Notes under the pieces: generated by a model
Databases searched by the model: none
Told to the model about the DNA's origin: nothing
Seen by the model: the letters and a program-made list of their open reading frames with translations, nothing else
Shown: positions 36,306 to 46,053 of the stretch, in pieces
Numbering within the stretch: the stretch's first letter is position 1
Layout: each line of letters starts with the position of its first letter
Assembly: GCA_943327105.2 (NCBI GenBank)
Contig: CALPVV020000002.1
Location: forward strand, 1-57,063
Source of the DNA: Nitrosovibrio sp. Nv4
GTDB taxonomy: Bacteria; Bdellovibrionota; UBA1018; CAIMNF01
Reading direction: 5' to 3'
DNA length: 57,063 bases
Program-made: the position numbers and the translations under genes

Positions 36306-39300
36306 ATAGATTGATTGCATTTTTTGCGAAACAGCGTGTTTTTGGGGATTTGATCACCATTTTTGTCATCGTTGCCGGTTTGTTCGCCTTTACGCGGATC
36401 CAGCGCGAGACGTTTCCGAATGTTAAGTTCGACATCATCAGCATCCGAACAATTTTTCCTGGGGCGACCCCTGAAGAGATGGAACGCTTGGTGACGAATT
36501 TGATCGAACAGGAAATCAAAGAAGTCGACGGCATAAAGAATGTTTGGTCGAGTTCCAGCGAAAACATCAGTGAAGTTACCGTTCAACTGAACCCGGACGA
36601 GGTGACAGCGGAAAAGGGTAAGGATGATCTTCAGAACGTGATCGATCGGATCACCGATTTTCCAGCTGGTGCCGAAAAACCGATCGTGACATCGATCGAA
36701 ACCAAGTATCAGCCTGTCATTGAATTGTATTTGAAACCGAAGTCCGGATCTGAAGTGGATTCGATGAAGTTGCGACGGGTCGCCAAGGATCTAGAACGTG
36801 AAATCAAAACCTTGAAAGATGTAGCCAAAGTGGCTTATTCCGGATGGCGCAAGCTCGAGTACTGGATTGAACCGAATCTGAAGTCACTATCGCGTGAGCA
36901 CATGACTTTGGAGCAACTGGTTTCTGCGATCCAACGGCAGAACAAAACCACACCGGGTGGAAAATTGGAAGGTCAGGCGAACGAACAGGTGATCCGGACT
37001 TTGGGCGAATTCCAAACCCTTGAGGACATCGAAAACCTGGTCATCCGATCTAACGACTATGGAGAATCACTTCGGGTCAAGAACGTGGCTCAAGTCAAAC
37101 TCGTTGAGGAGCGTCCGGCCCAATTCACCCAAGTTAATGGTGAACGCGCAATTCGCATGATGATTCTTCAAAAAGAAAAAGCTGATACTATTCGCTTGGC
37201 CGAAACTCTTCGTGCCAAGGTGGATTCCTTGAAGCCGGGATTATTGGCTGATGTGGAAACGATCGAAATCAACGATAACTCTTCTTATATTTCCAGACGC
37301 CTTTCTGTTTTGAACGGAAACTTGCTGATCGGGTTATTCTTGGTCTTGGGTTTATTGTCGATGATTTTACCGTTCCGGGTGGCCTTGCTCGTCTCGATCG
37401 GAATCCCGTTCGCTTTTCTAGGGACGATTGTGTGGTTCTATAATGCAAACTTGAGTCTAAACCTCGTGTCCCTGATCGGATTGATCATCGTGTCGGGAAT
37501 GTTGGTCGATGATGCGATTGTGGTCACCGACAACTGTGTCCGCCTGATGGAAGAGGGGATGTCTCCCGAAGAAGCCGCGGTGAAAGGTACGCAAGAAATC
37601 TGGCCAGCGGTAACAGCCTCGGTTTTGACTACGATTTTCGCGTTTTTACCATTGATGTTCATGAGTGGGATTTTTGGAAAGTTCGTGAAGCCGATTTCGG
37701 TAGGGGTGATTCTGGCTCTGCTGATCAGTCTTTCTGAGGCATTCTTTGTATTGCCAGGACACATTGCCGCTTACATTCGATTGAAAGACAGTAATCAAAA
37801 AAAACCGAACCGACTGGCTGGTGCTTTCCAGAAAATCACCGCGAAGACCGAAGCAATCTGGGCAACGGTCTTGATTCCGCGGTACCGTGCGCTTCTGACC
37901 CGTTTGATTGAAAAACGCTATAAAACCATGGGAGTGGTGGCAGTATTTTTTGTCATCGTGTTTGGAATCGCGGGTTCGTTCATGAAAGTGGTTTTGTTTC
38001 CAGCGAACGGGGTCGAGATGTTTTACATCAAGATCGAGGCTCCGATCGGATCCAGTCTCGAAAATACGGAAAAACTGGTGTTACCGATTCAAGACAAGAT
38101 CAAGACTCTGAGCAAAGAAGAATTGCTGAATTACACCGCACTCATTGGCGAAAATTCCTACGATATGTTGGAACCTGGATATCGTCGTGGGTCCGAGTAC
38201 GCTTACTTCATCGTGTACCTGACACCCGCAGAGTCCCGGAAGCGCTCTGCGGATGCGATTATGGAAGACATGCGCAAACTGATTGCGGATCAACCGCAGT
38301 TAAAATCGGTTTCGTTTTCGCGAGTATCTTCCGGCCCGCCGATCGGTAAGCCGGTCAGCCTCTCCGTGACCGGATCAGAATTCAAGACCTTGGAAAAAGC
38401 TGCCGAAGATCTGAAAGTAAAATTGGCATCCGTGAAAGGCGTAAAAGACATTGCTGATACTTACTCTTTGGGTAAAGAAGAAATCCGTCTTCGAGTCAAA
38501 CAAAAGGATGCGATCGCGGCCGGGTTGGATCCGACATCGATCGGTTTTGCAGTCCGTGCAGCTTTTGAAGGAATTGTCGCTTCGAGCTTGCGAAATTTGG
38601 AAGAGGAAGTGGATCTTCGGGTGTTGTTAGAACCAAAAGAACGTGCATCTCGTTCTACTCTTGAATCATTGAATGTATTGAACCAATCATCCCAGATGAT
38701 TCCGCTGAAGAATGTCGTGACCTTTGATAAAGGACAGGGTTTGCAAGTGATTGATCACAAGAATTACTTACGCCAGGTCAACGTGACCGCTGATGTCGAT
38801 TATACCGTAATCAGTTCATCACAAGCGAACGATGCTGTTCGAGATTATTTCCCTGAATTTTCGAAGAAATTTCCCGGTGTTGGAATCAGCTTTGGTGGTG
38901 AGGACGAAGACACGGTCGAGGCCATGGGATCACTGGGGCGCGCCTTCATTGTAGCGTTCATGGCGATCTTCTTGATCCTGGTGATGACTTTCCAGAACAT
39001 CGTTCAACCGTTCCTGGTGATGATCACTATTCCTCTCGGGACAGTGGCAGCATTGATCGCCTTTTTGGTGCATGGTTGGCCGATTACCTTCATGGGAATG
39101 ATGGGGATCGTGGCGTTGGCAGGTGTGATCGTCAACAACGCGATTGTGATGATTGATTTTGTGAATCAGTTGCGTGCGAAAGGTGTATCAAAAAAACAAA
39201 GCATCATCGATGCAGCCGGGATCCGTTTCCGTCCAATCTTTTTGACGACGGCTACGACCGTTGCAGGTTTGCTTCCGACCGCTTATGGAATTGGTGGTTT

Positions 39301-39430
39301 AGATGAATTCGTGGTGCCGATCGCGTTGGCCCTGGGATGGGGATTGCTGTTTGGTTCGATCTTGACGGCGGTAATTTTCCCGGTGGCGATTTCGATCATC
39401 GACGATTACTGGAAAAAGAATGAAAATTGA
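36302..39430 (+). CDS. RND efflux permease (AcrB/AcrD/AcrF family)
   Basis: 1042 aa with 12-TM/two-large-loop architecture and conserved segments (GLIIVSGMLVDDAIVV, GIVALAGVIVNNAIVMIDF). Confidence 0.93.
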   Translation: MNRLIAFFAKQRVFGDLITIFVIVAGLFAFTRIQRETFPNVKFDIISIRTIFPGATPEEMERLVTNLIEQEIKEVDGIKNVWSSSSENISEVTVQLNPDEVTAEKGKDDLQNVIDRITDFPAGAEKPIVTSIETKYQPVIELYLKPKSGSEVDSMKLRRVAKDLEREIKTLKDVAKVAYSGWRKLEYWIEPNLKSLSREHMTLEQLVSAIQRQNKTTPGGKLEGQANEQVIRTLGEFQTLEDIENLVIRSNDYGESLRVKNVAQVKLVEERPAQFTQVNGERAIRMMILQKEKADTIRLAETLRAKVDSLKPGLLADVETIEINDNSSYISRRLSVLNGNLLIGLFLVLGLLSMILPFRVALLVSIGIPFAFLGTIVWFYNANLSLNLVSLIGLIIVSGMLVDDAIVVTDNCVRLMEEGMSPEEAAVKGTQEIWPAVTASVLTTIFAFLPLMFMSGIFGKFVKPISVGVILALLISLSEAFFVLPGHIAAYIRLKDSNQKKPNRLAGAFQKITAKTEAIWATVLIPRYRALLTRLIEKRYKTMGVVAVFFVIVFGIAGSFMKVVLFPANGVEMFYIKIEAPIGSSLENTEKLVLPIQDKIKTLSKEELLNYTALIGENSYDMLEPGYRRGSEYAYFIVYLTPAESRKRSADAIMEDMRKLIADQPQLKSVSFSRVSSGPPIGKPVSLSVTGSEFKTLEKAAEDLKVKLASVKGVKDIADTYSLGKEEIRLRVKQKDAIAAGLDPTSIGFAVRAAFEGIVASSLRNLEEEVDLRVLLEPKERASRSTLESLNVLNQSSQMIPLKNVVTFDKGQGLQVIDHKNYLRQVNVTADVDYTVISSSQANDAVRDYFPEFSKKFPGVGISFGGEDEDTVEAMGSLGRAFIVAFMAIFLILVMTFQNIVQPFLVMITIPLGTVAALIAFLVHGWPITFMGMMGIVALAGVIVNNAIVMIDFVNQLRAKGVSKKQSIIDAAGIRFRPIFLTTATTVAGLLPTAYGIGGLDEFVVPIALALGWGLLFGSILTAVIFPVAISIIDDYWKKNEN

Positions 39431-39998
39431 TCAGCCTGAAATCGATTTGATTTCTGCATTTTTTCCGAGCGAAGAATCAGACCAATTGATGGCAGCTTTG
39501 AAAACGGATGTGGAATGGCGACAAGAACCCATTCTGATCTACGGCAAGAAGGTGATGCAGCCACGCTTAACTGCCTGGTATGGCGATGAGAACGCGAGCT
39601 ACCGCTATTCAGGAATTGAAATGAAACCTTTGCCGTGGATTCCTGCTCTGACTCTGATTCGCAATCGGATCCAGCAGCAAACCGGTTTCGAATTCAACAG
39701 TGTGTTGTTGAATCAGTATCGCGACGGAAAAGACAGCATGGGGTGGCATCGTGACAACGAGCCCGAACTCGGAAATAGTCCTGTGATCGCATCAGTCAGT
39801 TTCGGTGCTTCAAGGCGCTTTTTATTCCGTAAGTACTGTGAGCATGATCAAAAGATGGAGATCATGCTTGGTCACGGCAGTTTGTTGATCATGAAGGGCG
39901 AAACCCAAACGTATTGGGAGCACTCCATTCCGAAAATGATGCGAGTAACGGATGCTAGGATCAATCTGACATTCCGCTGGGTTCGCGGCCGAGCTTAA
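39420..39998 (+). CDS. alkB: Fe(II)/2-oxoglutarate-dependent DNA/RNA demethylase AlkB
   Basis: NSVLLNQYRDGKDSMGWHRDNE (HxD), WEHSIP and RINLTFR. It overlaps the RND gene by 11 nt. Confidence 0.9.
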   Translation: MKIDQPEIDLISAFFPSEESDQLMAALKTDVEWRQEPILIYGKKVMQPRLTAWYGDENASYRYSGIEMKPLPWIPALTLIRNRIQQQTGFEFNSVLLNQYRDGKDSMGWHRDNEPELGNSPVIASVSFGASRRFLFRKYCEHDQKMEIMLGHGSLLIMKGETQTYWEHSIPKMMRVTDARINLTFRWVRGRA

Positions 39999-40627
39999 AG
40001 CGTCTTGAACCATTCAGTATAAAGGTAGTCAAAGTACGCTTGAAAGAAAGTCGATTCATCAAAAAGGTTTGCTACCACAGAGGCGAGAGGGCCTGCCGGT
40101 TCCAGTACTTTTGTTTTGATTTTCAGTACTTCTGATGAATTAGTAGTGATCTTCACCGAAATATACAGGTTTGATTCTTTTGGTGAGCAGTTTTTGCTGT
40201 TTCGGTTTGAGTACACTTCGATTTTCATGTCTTGTAATCCGAAGTGCGGTTTGTCTTGAACCATCTGACATTTTTGAGAGAAATAGTTCTGATTTTCGTT
40301 GCGATCAATTTTGCAGTTTAGAAGAAATTTCGGATATAAATTGCCATCGGTAAGATTGGTCGGCTGTAAAACGATCCAAACAAGACTCTCAGTTGCAGAG
40401 ATTGCTTTCGATTGTGATTTGGTCATTTTAACCATGGGAAAGCTTACACCAGCAACATCGATGCTGTAGCTTGATCCTGGCATGGATGCGTAATCATTAT
40501 AGCGTGTGAATAAAGATTGAATCGCATTCAAATCAGAACGAACGCATTCTTGTTTGTTGAATTCAGAATAAGCGGCAAATGAGGAATTAGAAATAAAACC
40601 AGTGATCAGGATGAGGAGTGTTTTCAT
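39995..40627 (-). CDS. secreted hypothetical protein
   Basis: Signal peptide MKTLLILITGFISNSSFA and four Cys residues. ATGA-type coupling to the upstream lipoprotein gene. No recognisable domain. Confidence 0.5.
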   Translation of the reverse strand: MKTLLILITGFISNSSFAAYSEFNKQECVRSDLNAIQSLFTRYNDYASMPGSSYSIDVAGVSFPMVKMTKSQSKAISATESLVWIVLQPTNLTDGNLYPKFLLNCKIDRNENQNYFSQKCQMVQDKPHFGLQDMKIEVYSNRNSKNCSPKESNLYISVKITTNSSEVLKIKTKVLEPAGPLASVVANLFDESTFFQAYFDYLYTEWFKTL

Positions 40628-40902
40628 TTTTTTTCTCCTTCTGTTTTCATGTTTAGAATGTCTTCGATGTCATCTGTAGCTGCAGGTGGTTTTGGTTTGA
40701 AGCTGTTGTTGAAAACCTTCACGGTATCGACACCCAGTTTTTGAAGCGCTTCAATTGAATCAGCCATGCGTTCAGCTTGTTTTGTAGCTTGAGCAAGGGT
40801 TTTATCCATCGACTCCAGGTGTTGATTTGCTTTTTCAGCCTCACCGCAACCAAAGAGTGCGGCTGTCATGGCGAAAACTGCGAAGAGAGAATGCTTTTTC
40901 AT
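40624..40902 (-). CDS. small lipoprotein
   Basis: Lipobox AALFGC after a signal sequence, followed by a helical charged body. Length is 92 aa. Confidence 0.55.
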   Translation of the reverse strand: MKKHSLFAVFAMTAALFGCGEAEKANQHLESMDKTLAQATKQAERMADSIEALQKLGVDTVKVFNNSFKPKPPAATDDIEDILNMKTEGEKK

Positions 40903-40974
40903 GAGCCGAATAATAGTCTGTTTTGGTCAGGAAGTATATAGTATTTATATTTTGTTTAATGCTTGTTAAGGTGA

Positions 40975-41679
40975 TTAACCTTCAGAAATCTCGACAAAAG
41001 ATGGAAAGTGAACATCGATTTCACTCGAATAGAGAATGTGATCAGGAGTTGTCGAGGTTTTGATTCCTATCGTATCCATAAAATTACCACTGATTTCGTT
41101 GATACTTGCCCGTTTGAGATTCCATGGAGAGTGAATGACTGTTCCCATCAGGGTTTTTCCACGGTGCTTTTGAAACAAATGGTAGCGTTCAGTCATCCAT
41201 AGATCAGTTTCATGTTTTTTTGTGATTTCATCTTCTATGGATGCGTTCAATTTCCATTGGTATTCTGACCTGCTTGAGAAAAACCGATACTCGCTTTTAT
41301 CCGGTAAGGGAAACTCTGCACTTATTTTTGCATACTCATACGGTAATTTAAAAAATTGATTGGCCAAGATTTTTCCAAAAAAACTATCAGTGTCGAGTGT
41401 GAAAAAATAAATTCCAGGTTTGTTTTGCACGCGAACGTAAGTTCTAATGTTCAGCTCAAGCAATGCAGACGCAAATGGGATCTCGGGAAGTCCACGAAAT
41501 CTGATTTTGGACATCTTGAATGGAACAATTGAAATCGCTGCTTTACCCTCAATCAAATCGAGTTCAAATGGAACCTTGTTTCGAATTAATTCAGGATCGA
41601 TAAACCAAGTGAGAAACATGACGTGTTCCCACTTTTGTTTGATCAACCAGTTCTGGTGGGTTCGTTGATTGTTCTTCAT
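40975..41679 (-). CDS. DUF2071 (YqjF-like, acetoacetate-decarboxylase-fold) protein
   Basis: WEHVMFLTWFIDPELIRNKVPFELDL..GKAAISIVPFKM......ELNIRTYV fits the DUF2071 N-terminal pattern. ATGA-coupled to oxyR. Confidence 0.6.
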   Translation of the reverse strand: MKNNQRTHQNWLIKQKWEHVMFLTWFIDPELIRNKVPFELDLIEGKAAISIVPFKMSKIRFRGLPEIPFASALLELNIRTYVRVQNKPGIYFFTLDTDSFFGKILANQFFKLPYEYAKISAEFPLPDKSEYRFFSSRSEYQWKLNASIEDEITKKHETDLWMTERYHLFQKHRGKTLMGTVIHSPWNLKRASINEISGNFMDTIGIKTSTTPDHILYSSEIDVHFPSFVEISEG

Positions 41680-42623
41680 TTGATTTTGAGAATGCTCATC
41701 TCGGGTATGCGCTTGAGATGTACGGTGTTGGGAAGGTGTGAACGAACGGAATCGATCACTGCCTTTAAGATGTTCTGTTTGTATTGGCTTCGCTGATACA
41801 CAAGGCTGATTTCACGGGTTGGAATCTCGCCTTTAAAATGTTTCAAAAGAGGGTTTTTTTCCTGAATCAGTTTTTCAGCGGCCAATGCTGGCAACAAAGT
41901 GTAACCATGCCCCTGTTCAATCAGGTGAATGATGGTTTCAAGGCTTCCACTCTCAAATTTCACATTTTGAATGACTGCCGAATTCTTTCTAAGAGAACAA
42001 AGCCGGATGATCTGATTTCTCAGGCAATGTCCTTCTGCTAACAGCCAGATATCACTCGAAGGCAATGCGTCTTCATGAATGGCTTTTTGTTTCGCCAGCG
42101 GATGGTCTTTGGATGCAAACACGTGAAAGGGTTCATAATACAAAGGGCGTTCATCGAGTGAATTATTGTTCAATGGAGTGGCAAGAATGCCTGCATCGAT
42201 TTCATCATTGCTCAACGCTTCAATGATCTGTGCGGTTGTTTTTTCGCTGATTGTGAGATTCAGCTTGGGATGCTTCATCGATAGATCACCAATGAAGCGA
42301 TGGAGTAAATAGGGCGCAACCGTTGGAATCACGGCTAAGTGAAAGTCGCCACTGATTTCGCCTTCCTGGAATTTTACCAAATGGTTCAGTTTTTCATTTT
42401 CACGCAGGATGGTTTTGGCCTGCTCAATGATAGGAATAGCTTGGGGTGTTGGCAAAATCGGTTGTTTTGTTCGATCAAAAAATGGCATGTCGAACTCTTC
42501 TTCCAGTTTGTGAAGCTGCATGCTTAATGTCGGTTGGGAAACATGACAGGCTTTAGCTGCTTTTCCAAAATGACGGTATCGATCAACTGCAACCAGGTAT
42601 TCAAGCTGAGTAAGGGTAGCCAT
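41676..42623 (-). CDS. oxyR: LysR-family peroxide sensor OxyR
   Basis: HTH LTQLEYLVAVDRYRHFGKAAKACHVSQPTLSMQLHKLEEE. The redox pair context LLAEGHCLRNQIIRLCS parallels the E. coli OxyR Cys199/Cys208 region. Confidence 0.85.
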   Translation of the reverse strand: MATLTQLEYLVAVDRYRHFGKAAKACHVSQPTLSMQLHKLEEEFDMPFFDRTKQPILPTPQAIPIIEQAKTILRENEKLNHLVKFQEGEISGDFHLAVIPTVAPYLLHRFIGDLSMKHPKLNLTISEKTTAQIIEALSNDEIDAGILATPLNNNSLDERPLYYEPFHVFASKDHPLAKQKAIHEDALPSSDIWLLAEGHCLRNQIIRLCSLRKNSAVIQNVKFESGSLETIIHLIEQGHGYTLLPALAAEKLIQEKNPLLKHFKGEIPTREISLVYQRSQYKQNILKAVIDSVRSHLPNTVHLKRIPEMSILKIK

Positions 42624-42654
42624 GGTGATAGTTTAAATCTATCAAACTACCAAA

Positions 42655-43983
42655 TCAATCGATTAACCAAATCTTTTGATAGCGCCCATCCGGATCATAA
42701 TCATTCGATTGTTTTTTAATATTAAAAAAGCGGGGTGGTTGGTTGCCAAAGCTTCTCGGATCGCATCCGACGCCCGCCAGGTATGCCCAGTTTCCGTAAT
42801 TCTGAGTCGGGTCAAAGTCCACCAACATCCATTCAAAGTATCTTGCACCCCATTGCCAAGGTAGATTCAGTTCATGAACCAAGTAGGATGCAACGTTTTG
42901 CCTTCCCCGGTTTGACATGTATCCGGTGGCTCTTAGTTCCCTCATATTCGCGTCCACAAATGGTTCATTTGTTTTTCCGAGGGTCCACCGTTCAAATGAC
43001 TTCAAGTCAGTTTTACATTCTTTGGTTTTATTTTGAATTCCTTCTGGTGAGTAAAAGGAATTTCCGTATCGAACAGCTGTCCATTTGAAGAACTCTCGCC
43101 AAAGTAACTCTGAACGCATCCATTCTGAGCCATCGTTTTTGCCCGTTACCGCTTCATGTGCATCAATTGCCGCCCATGCTGTTTTGACGGAAAGTGAGCC
43201 AAGCGCTAAAAAAACAGAAAGTTTTGACGAGTAATCAACTCCAATCATTCCATTCCGGGTTGATCGGTAGTTTTTGAGGCCATCAGAATTGATGAAATAG
43301 TGATGAAGTCGATACAAAGCCTGCTCTTCGTTTCCTTGGAAGGGAACAGCCGTTTTCGGATCGATTTCTGGTTCAGCTTCTAATTTGAATTGAGATGAAT
43401 GGGTAACCGGATTGCAATTCATGGTGATGGGCGCATCGGGTAGATTCGTCATCTTTTTTTTGAAGTCTGTGAATACTTTTGGCAATTGATTCTGTTCGAT
43501 CGGCAATTCATTGAATAGGCGATTGCCATGTACCAGCAGAACTTCCACACCGAGTGATTTCACACGATCAAGATCATCTGCATTGACTTCCGCATCATCA
43601 GCCAAGATCAAGGTATTGACCTTATTTTCATGATTTAGATTCATGAAAGATTCCATGAATGAACTATTCCTATTCACCAGTAATGGAATTCCGAACGCGT
43701 TGAGCTTTTCTTGAAATGAATCGATTGCTTGAGACTGAAAGCGCATTCGATGCGGTCCACAGAGCCACTTTCCCCTCTGTAGCGGTTCGGTTAATGTTTC
43801 CAAGTCGACGACAGGGTTTTCTTCAACTGAGGTAAAGAAAATCACCTTACTGGTTGAATCCTTTTGAATGGCTTCCAGTGAAAGTTGAAGGGCAAGGTGA
43901 TCATGTACGCGATATTGATCGCGACAATATACGGCGATGTTCAATGAATCATCCTCGGATGTGCCAACCGCGAGGTTTTGCAA
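42655..43983 (-). CDS. cryptochrome/photolyase family protein, DASH type
   Basis: N-terminal VYCRDQYRVHDHLAL, WREFF, the FAD-binding GYMSNRGRQNVASYLV and DFDPTQNYGNWAY. Its start overlaps the upstream aldehyde dehydrogenase by 35 nt. Confidence 0.85.
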   Translation of the reverse strand: MQNLAVGTSEDDSLNIAVYCRDQYRVHDHLALQLSLEAIQKDSTSKVIFFTSVEENPVVDLETLTEPLQRGKWLCGPHRMRFQSQAIDSFQEKLNAFGIPLLVNRNSSFMESFMNLNHENKVNTLILADDAEVNADDLDRVKSLGVEVLLVHGNRLFNELPIEQNQLPKVFTDFKKKMTNLPDAPITMNCNPVTHSSQFKLEAEPEIDPKTAVPFQGNEEQALYRLHHYFINSDGLKNYRSTRNGMIGVDYSSKLSVFLALGSLSVKTAWAAIDAHEAVTGKNDGSEWMRSELLWREFFKWTAVRYGNSFYSPEGIQNKTKECKTDLKSFERWTLGKTNEPFVDANMRELRATGYMSNRGRQNVASYLVHELNLPWQWGARYFEWMLVDFDPTQNYGNWAYLAGVGCDPRSFGNQPPRFFNIKKQSNDYDPDGRYQKIWLID

Positions 43984-45313
43984 ATGTTAGAATTCCGAGA
44001 TAGGAGAGTGTTGTACCCAGGCCAGAGTTCTTGCGTCCAGCCCATGGTAGATAAGGACTCACTCGATCACAACAATTCAGATATGAAGTTCCCGAGTTGA
44101 CTTGAGCCAGAATTGTTTTTCCACGTTCTTGATTGCTCGTGTAAACTGAAGCGGTCAGTCCATACTCGCAATCATTCATCAAATTCATGGCCTCAGTATC
44201 ATCTTTGACTTTCATCACACCGATGATCGGGCCGAAGCTTTCTTCTTTCATTACTTTCATCTGATGATTCACATTCGTGAGAACTGTCGGAGAGAAAAAA
44301 GCGCCTTTACCTTCAATTTTCTTACCACCAACAAGTAGAGTCGCCCCCTGATCGAGAGCATCTTTGATTTGTGACTCAATGAAGGCAACATGGCTTGGTC
44401 GAGTGAGTGACCCCTGTTGATTGGATCGATCCATCGGGTTTCCGACTTTGAGTGCTGCTACTTCTTTCTCAAAAAGAGAGATGAATTGATCGTATACGTT
44501 TTGATGCACATAAACGCGCTCAACCGCACAACAACTCTGGCCATTATTGTAGAAGCAGCCTTCGGCAACGGCATTTGCCACCTGTTTAAGGTCGGTTACT
44601 TCGTCAGTAACATAGAGTGGGTCCTTGCCCCCGAGTTCCAAGCCGACGGGAACCAGTTTCGAAGCAACTCTTTCTGCAATATGTTTCCCAGTCTTGTAGC
44701 TTCCAGTGAAGAAATAACCATCCAAAGGCAAATCAAGCATTGCTTCGCCTGATTTGTAGTCACCAACGATGGCAGTGAATACGGTTTTAGGGATGCCTGC
44801 CTCATGCAGTAGCTTTGCGATATTTAGTCCGGTGATGGTTGCAAATTCAGAGGGTTTGTAAAGTACCGCATTGCCGGCAATAAGGGCTGGAATAAAAACG
44901 TTTACGCCAACAAGGTATGGATAGTTCCATGCCGAGATATTGCCGATCACACCCAAAGGGTCGAAGCTGATAGATTCAGCAGTGGTTCCATCAACTCTAA
45001 TAGGGGTTGTCTTCAACCACTGCGCTGAGTTTTCGATGAAAAAACGAATGCGGGTGCGGGCACCATTGAGTTCATTCAATGCCTCTTGAATCGGTTTGCC
45101 TACTTCGGCGCAAAGATCATACGCAAGGCTTTCCTGATTTTTCTCAATCAGGTCATGAAAGCGTTTAATGCAGGCGATCCGTTCTTCTAGTGATACTTTC
45201 CCCCATGCTGATTGAGCTGAACGAGCCAGTTCGTATTTTGATTGCACGGTTAAAGCCGAGTCTTCGGTAATTTCTCTGATCAGTTCTTCAGTTGCCGGGT
45301 TGATGATCTTCAT
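43949..45313 (-). CDS. NAD(P)-dependent aldehyde dehydrogenase
   Basis: Catalytic motifs ELGGKDP and NNGQSCCAVERVYV, and EESFGP. Length is 454 aa. Confidence 0.9.
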   Translation of the reverse strand: MKIINPATEELIREITEDSALTVQSKYELARSAQSAWGKVSLEERIACIKRFHDLIEKNQESLAYDLCAEVGKPIQEALNELNGARTRIRFFIENSAQWLKTTPIRVDGTTAESISFDPLGVIGNISAWNYPYLVGVNVFIPALIAGNAVLYKPSEFATITGLNIAKLLHEAGIPKTVFTAIVGDYKSGEAMLDLPLDGYFFTGSYKTGKHIAERVASKLVPVGLELGGKDPLYVTDEVTDLKQVANAVAEGCFYNNGQSCCAVERVYVHQNVYDQFISLFEKEVAALKVGNPMDRSNQQGSLTRPSHVAFIESQIKDALDQGATLLVGGKKIEGKGAFFSPTVLTNVNHQMKVMKEESFGPIIGVMKVKDDTEAMNLMNDCEYGLTASVYTSNQERGKTILAQVNSGTSYLNCCDRVSPYLPWAGRKNSGLGTTLSYLGILTFAKPRGWHIRG

Positions 45314-46053
45314 TTCATGCTCTCCAAAAAATAATTCAATAAAGGTTTAGGGTCGATCACGGTGTCTTGAATGGTATGTGAAAACTCAGGATGCCATTGA
45401 ACACCCATGACCAGCTGCTCTTCGATTTTTTCGTAGTGGAACGCCTCGATGATTCCATCGGTCGGTGAGTGGGCATCGACCACAAGGTTCTTGCCAAGCG
45501 ATTTTACCCCTTGATGATGAACGGTGTTTACGGTGAATTGTTTCTTGCCGTAAATTTTTTCAAGCAAGCTGTTTTCAGTACAAACCACATCGTGAAAAAT
45601 ACGGTCGTATTTTTCGGCATTGCGGTGTTCAATCTTGGTTCCAGTTTCCAGGTTCAGATCCTGGTACATTTTGCCGCCAAAATACACATTCAATAACTGA
45701 AAGCCTCGGCAAATACCAAAAATCGGTTTTTTATTTTGAAAAGCCCAATCCATGATCTTCAGTTCATATTGATCTCGATGCCGATCCCCCGGCCATCGGC
45801 CATTCTCGATCATTTCATCTCCGTAAGTCGAAGGAGATATATCGGCACCACCCTGGAATACGAACCCGTCCATCTCGTTTAAATATTGCTCTAATTCTTC
45901 CCAAGGAAGATCAGGCAATAAAATCGGCATCACACCGGGACGCGATAGATACCTGCTCATGTCGTGTTCAAAATAAGTGAGCTGCTTATGGCCGAACACG
46001 GCGCGTGTCGGATCCGGATACATGAAGCAGGCGCTGACTCCGATTTTGATCAT
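45310..46053 (-). CDS. gamma-glutamyl-amide hydrolase, PuuD-like (peptidase C26 / class I GATase)
   Basis: Nucleophile elbow GICRGFQLLN and the His region GVQWHPE. Length is 247 aa. Confidence 0.85.
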   Translation of the reverse strand: MIKIGVSACFMYPDPTRAVFGHKQLTYFEHDMSRYLSRPGVMPILLPDLPWEELEQYLNEMDGFVFQGGADISPSTYGDEMIENGRWPGDRHRDQYELKIMDWAFQNKKPIFGICRGFQLLNVYFGGKMYQDLNLETGTKIEHRNAEKYDRIFHDVVCTENSLLEKIYGKKQFTVNTVHHQGVKSLGKNLVVDAHSPTDGIIEAFHYEKIEEQLVMGVQWHPEFSHTIQDTVIDPKPLLNYFLESMK

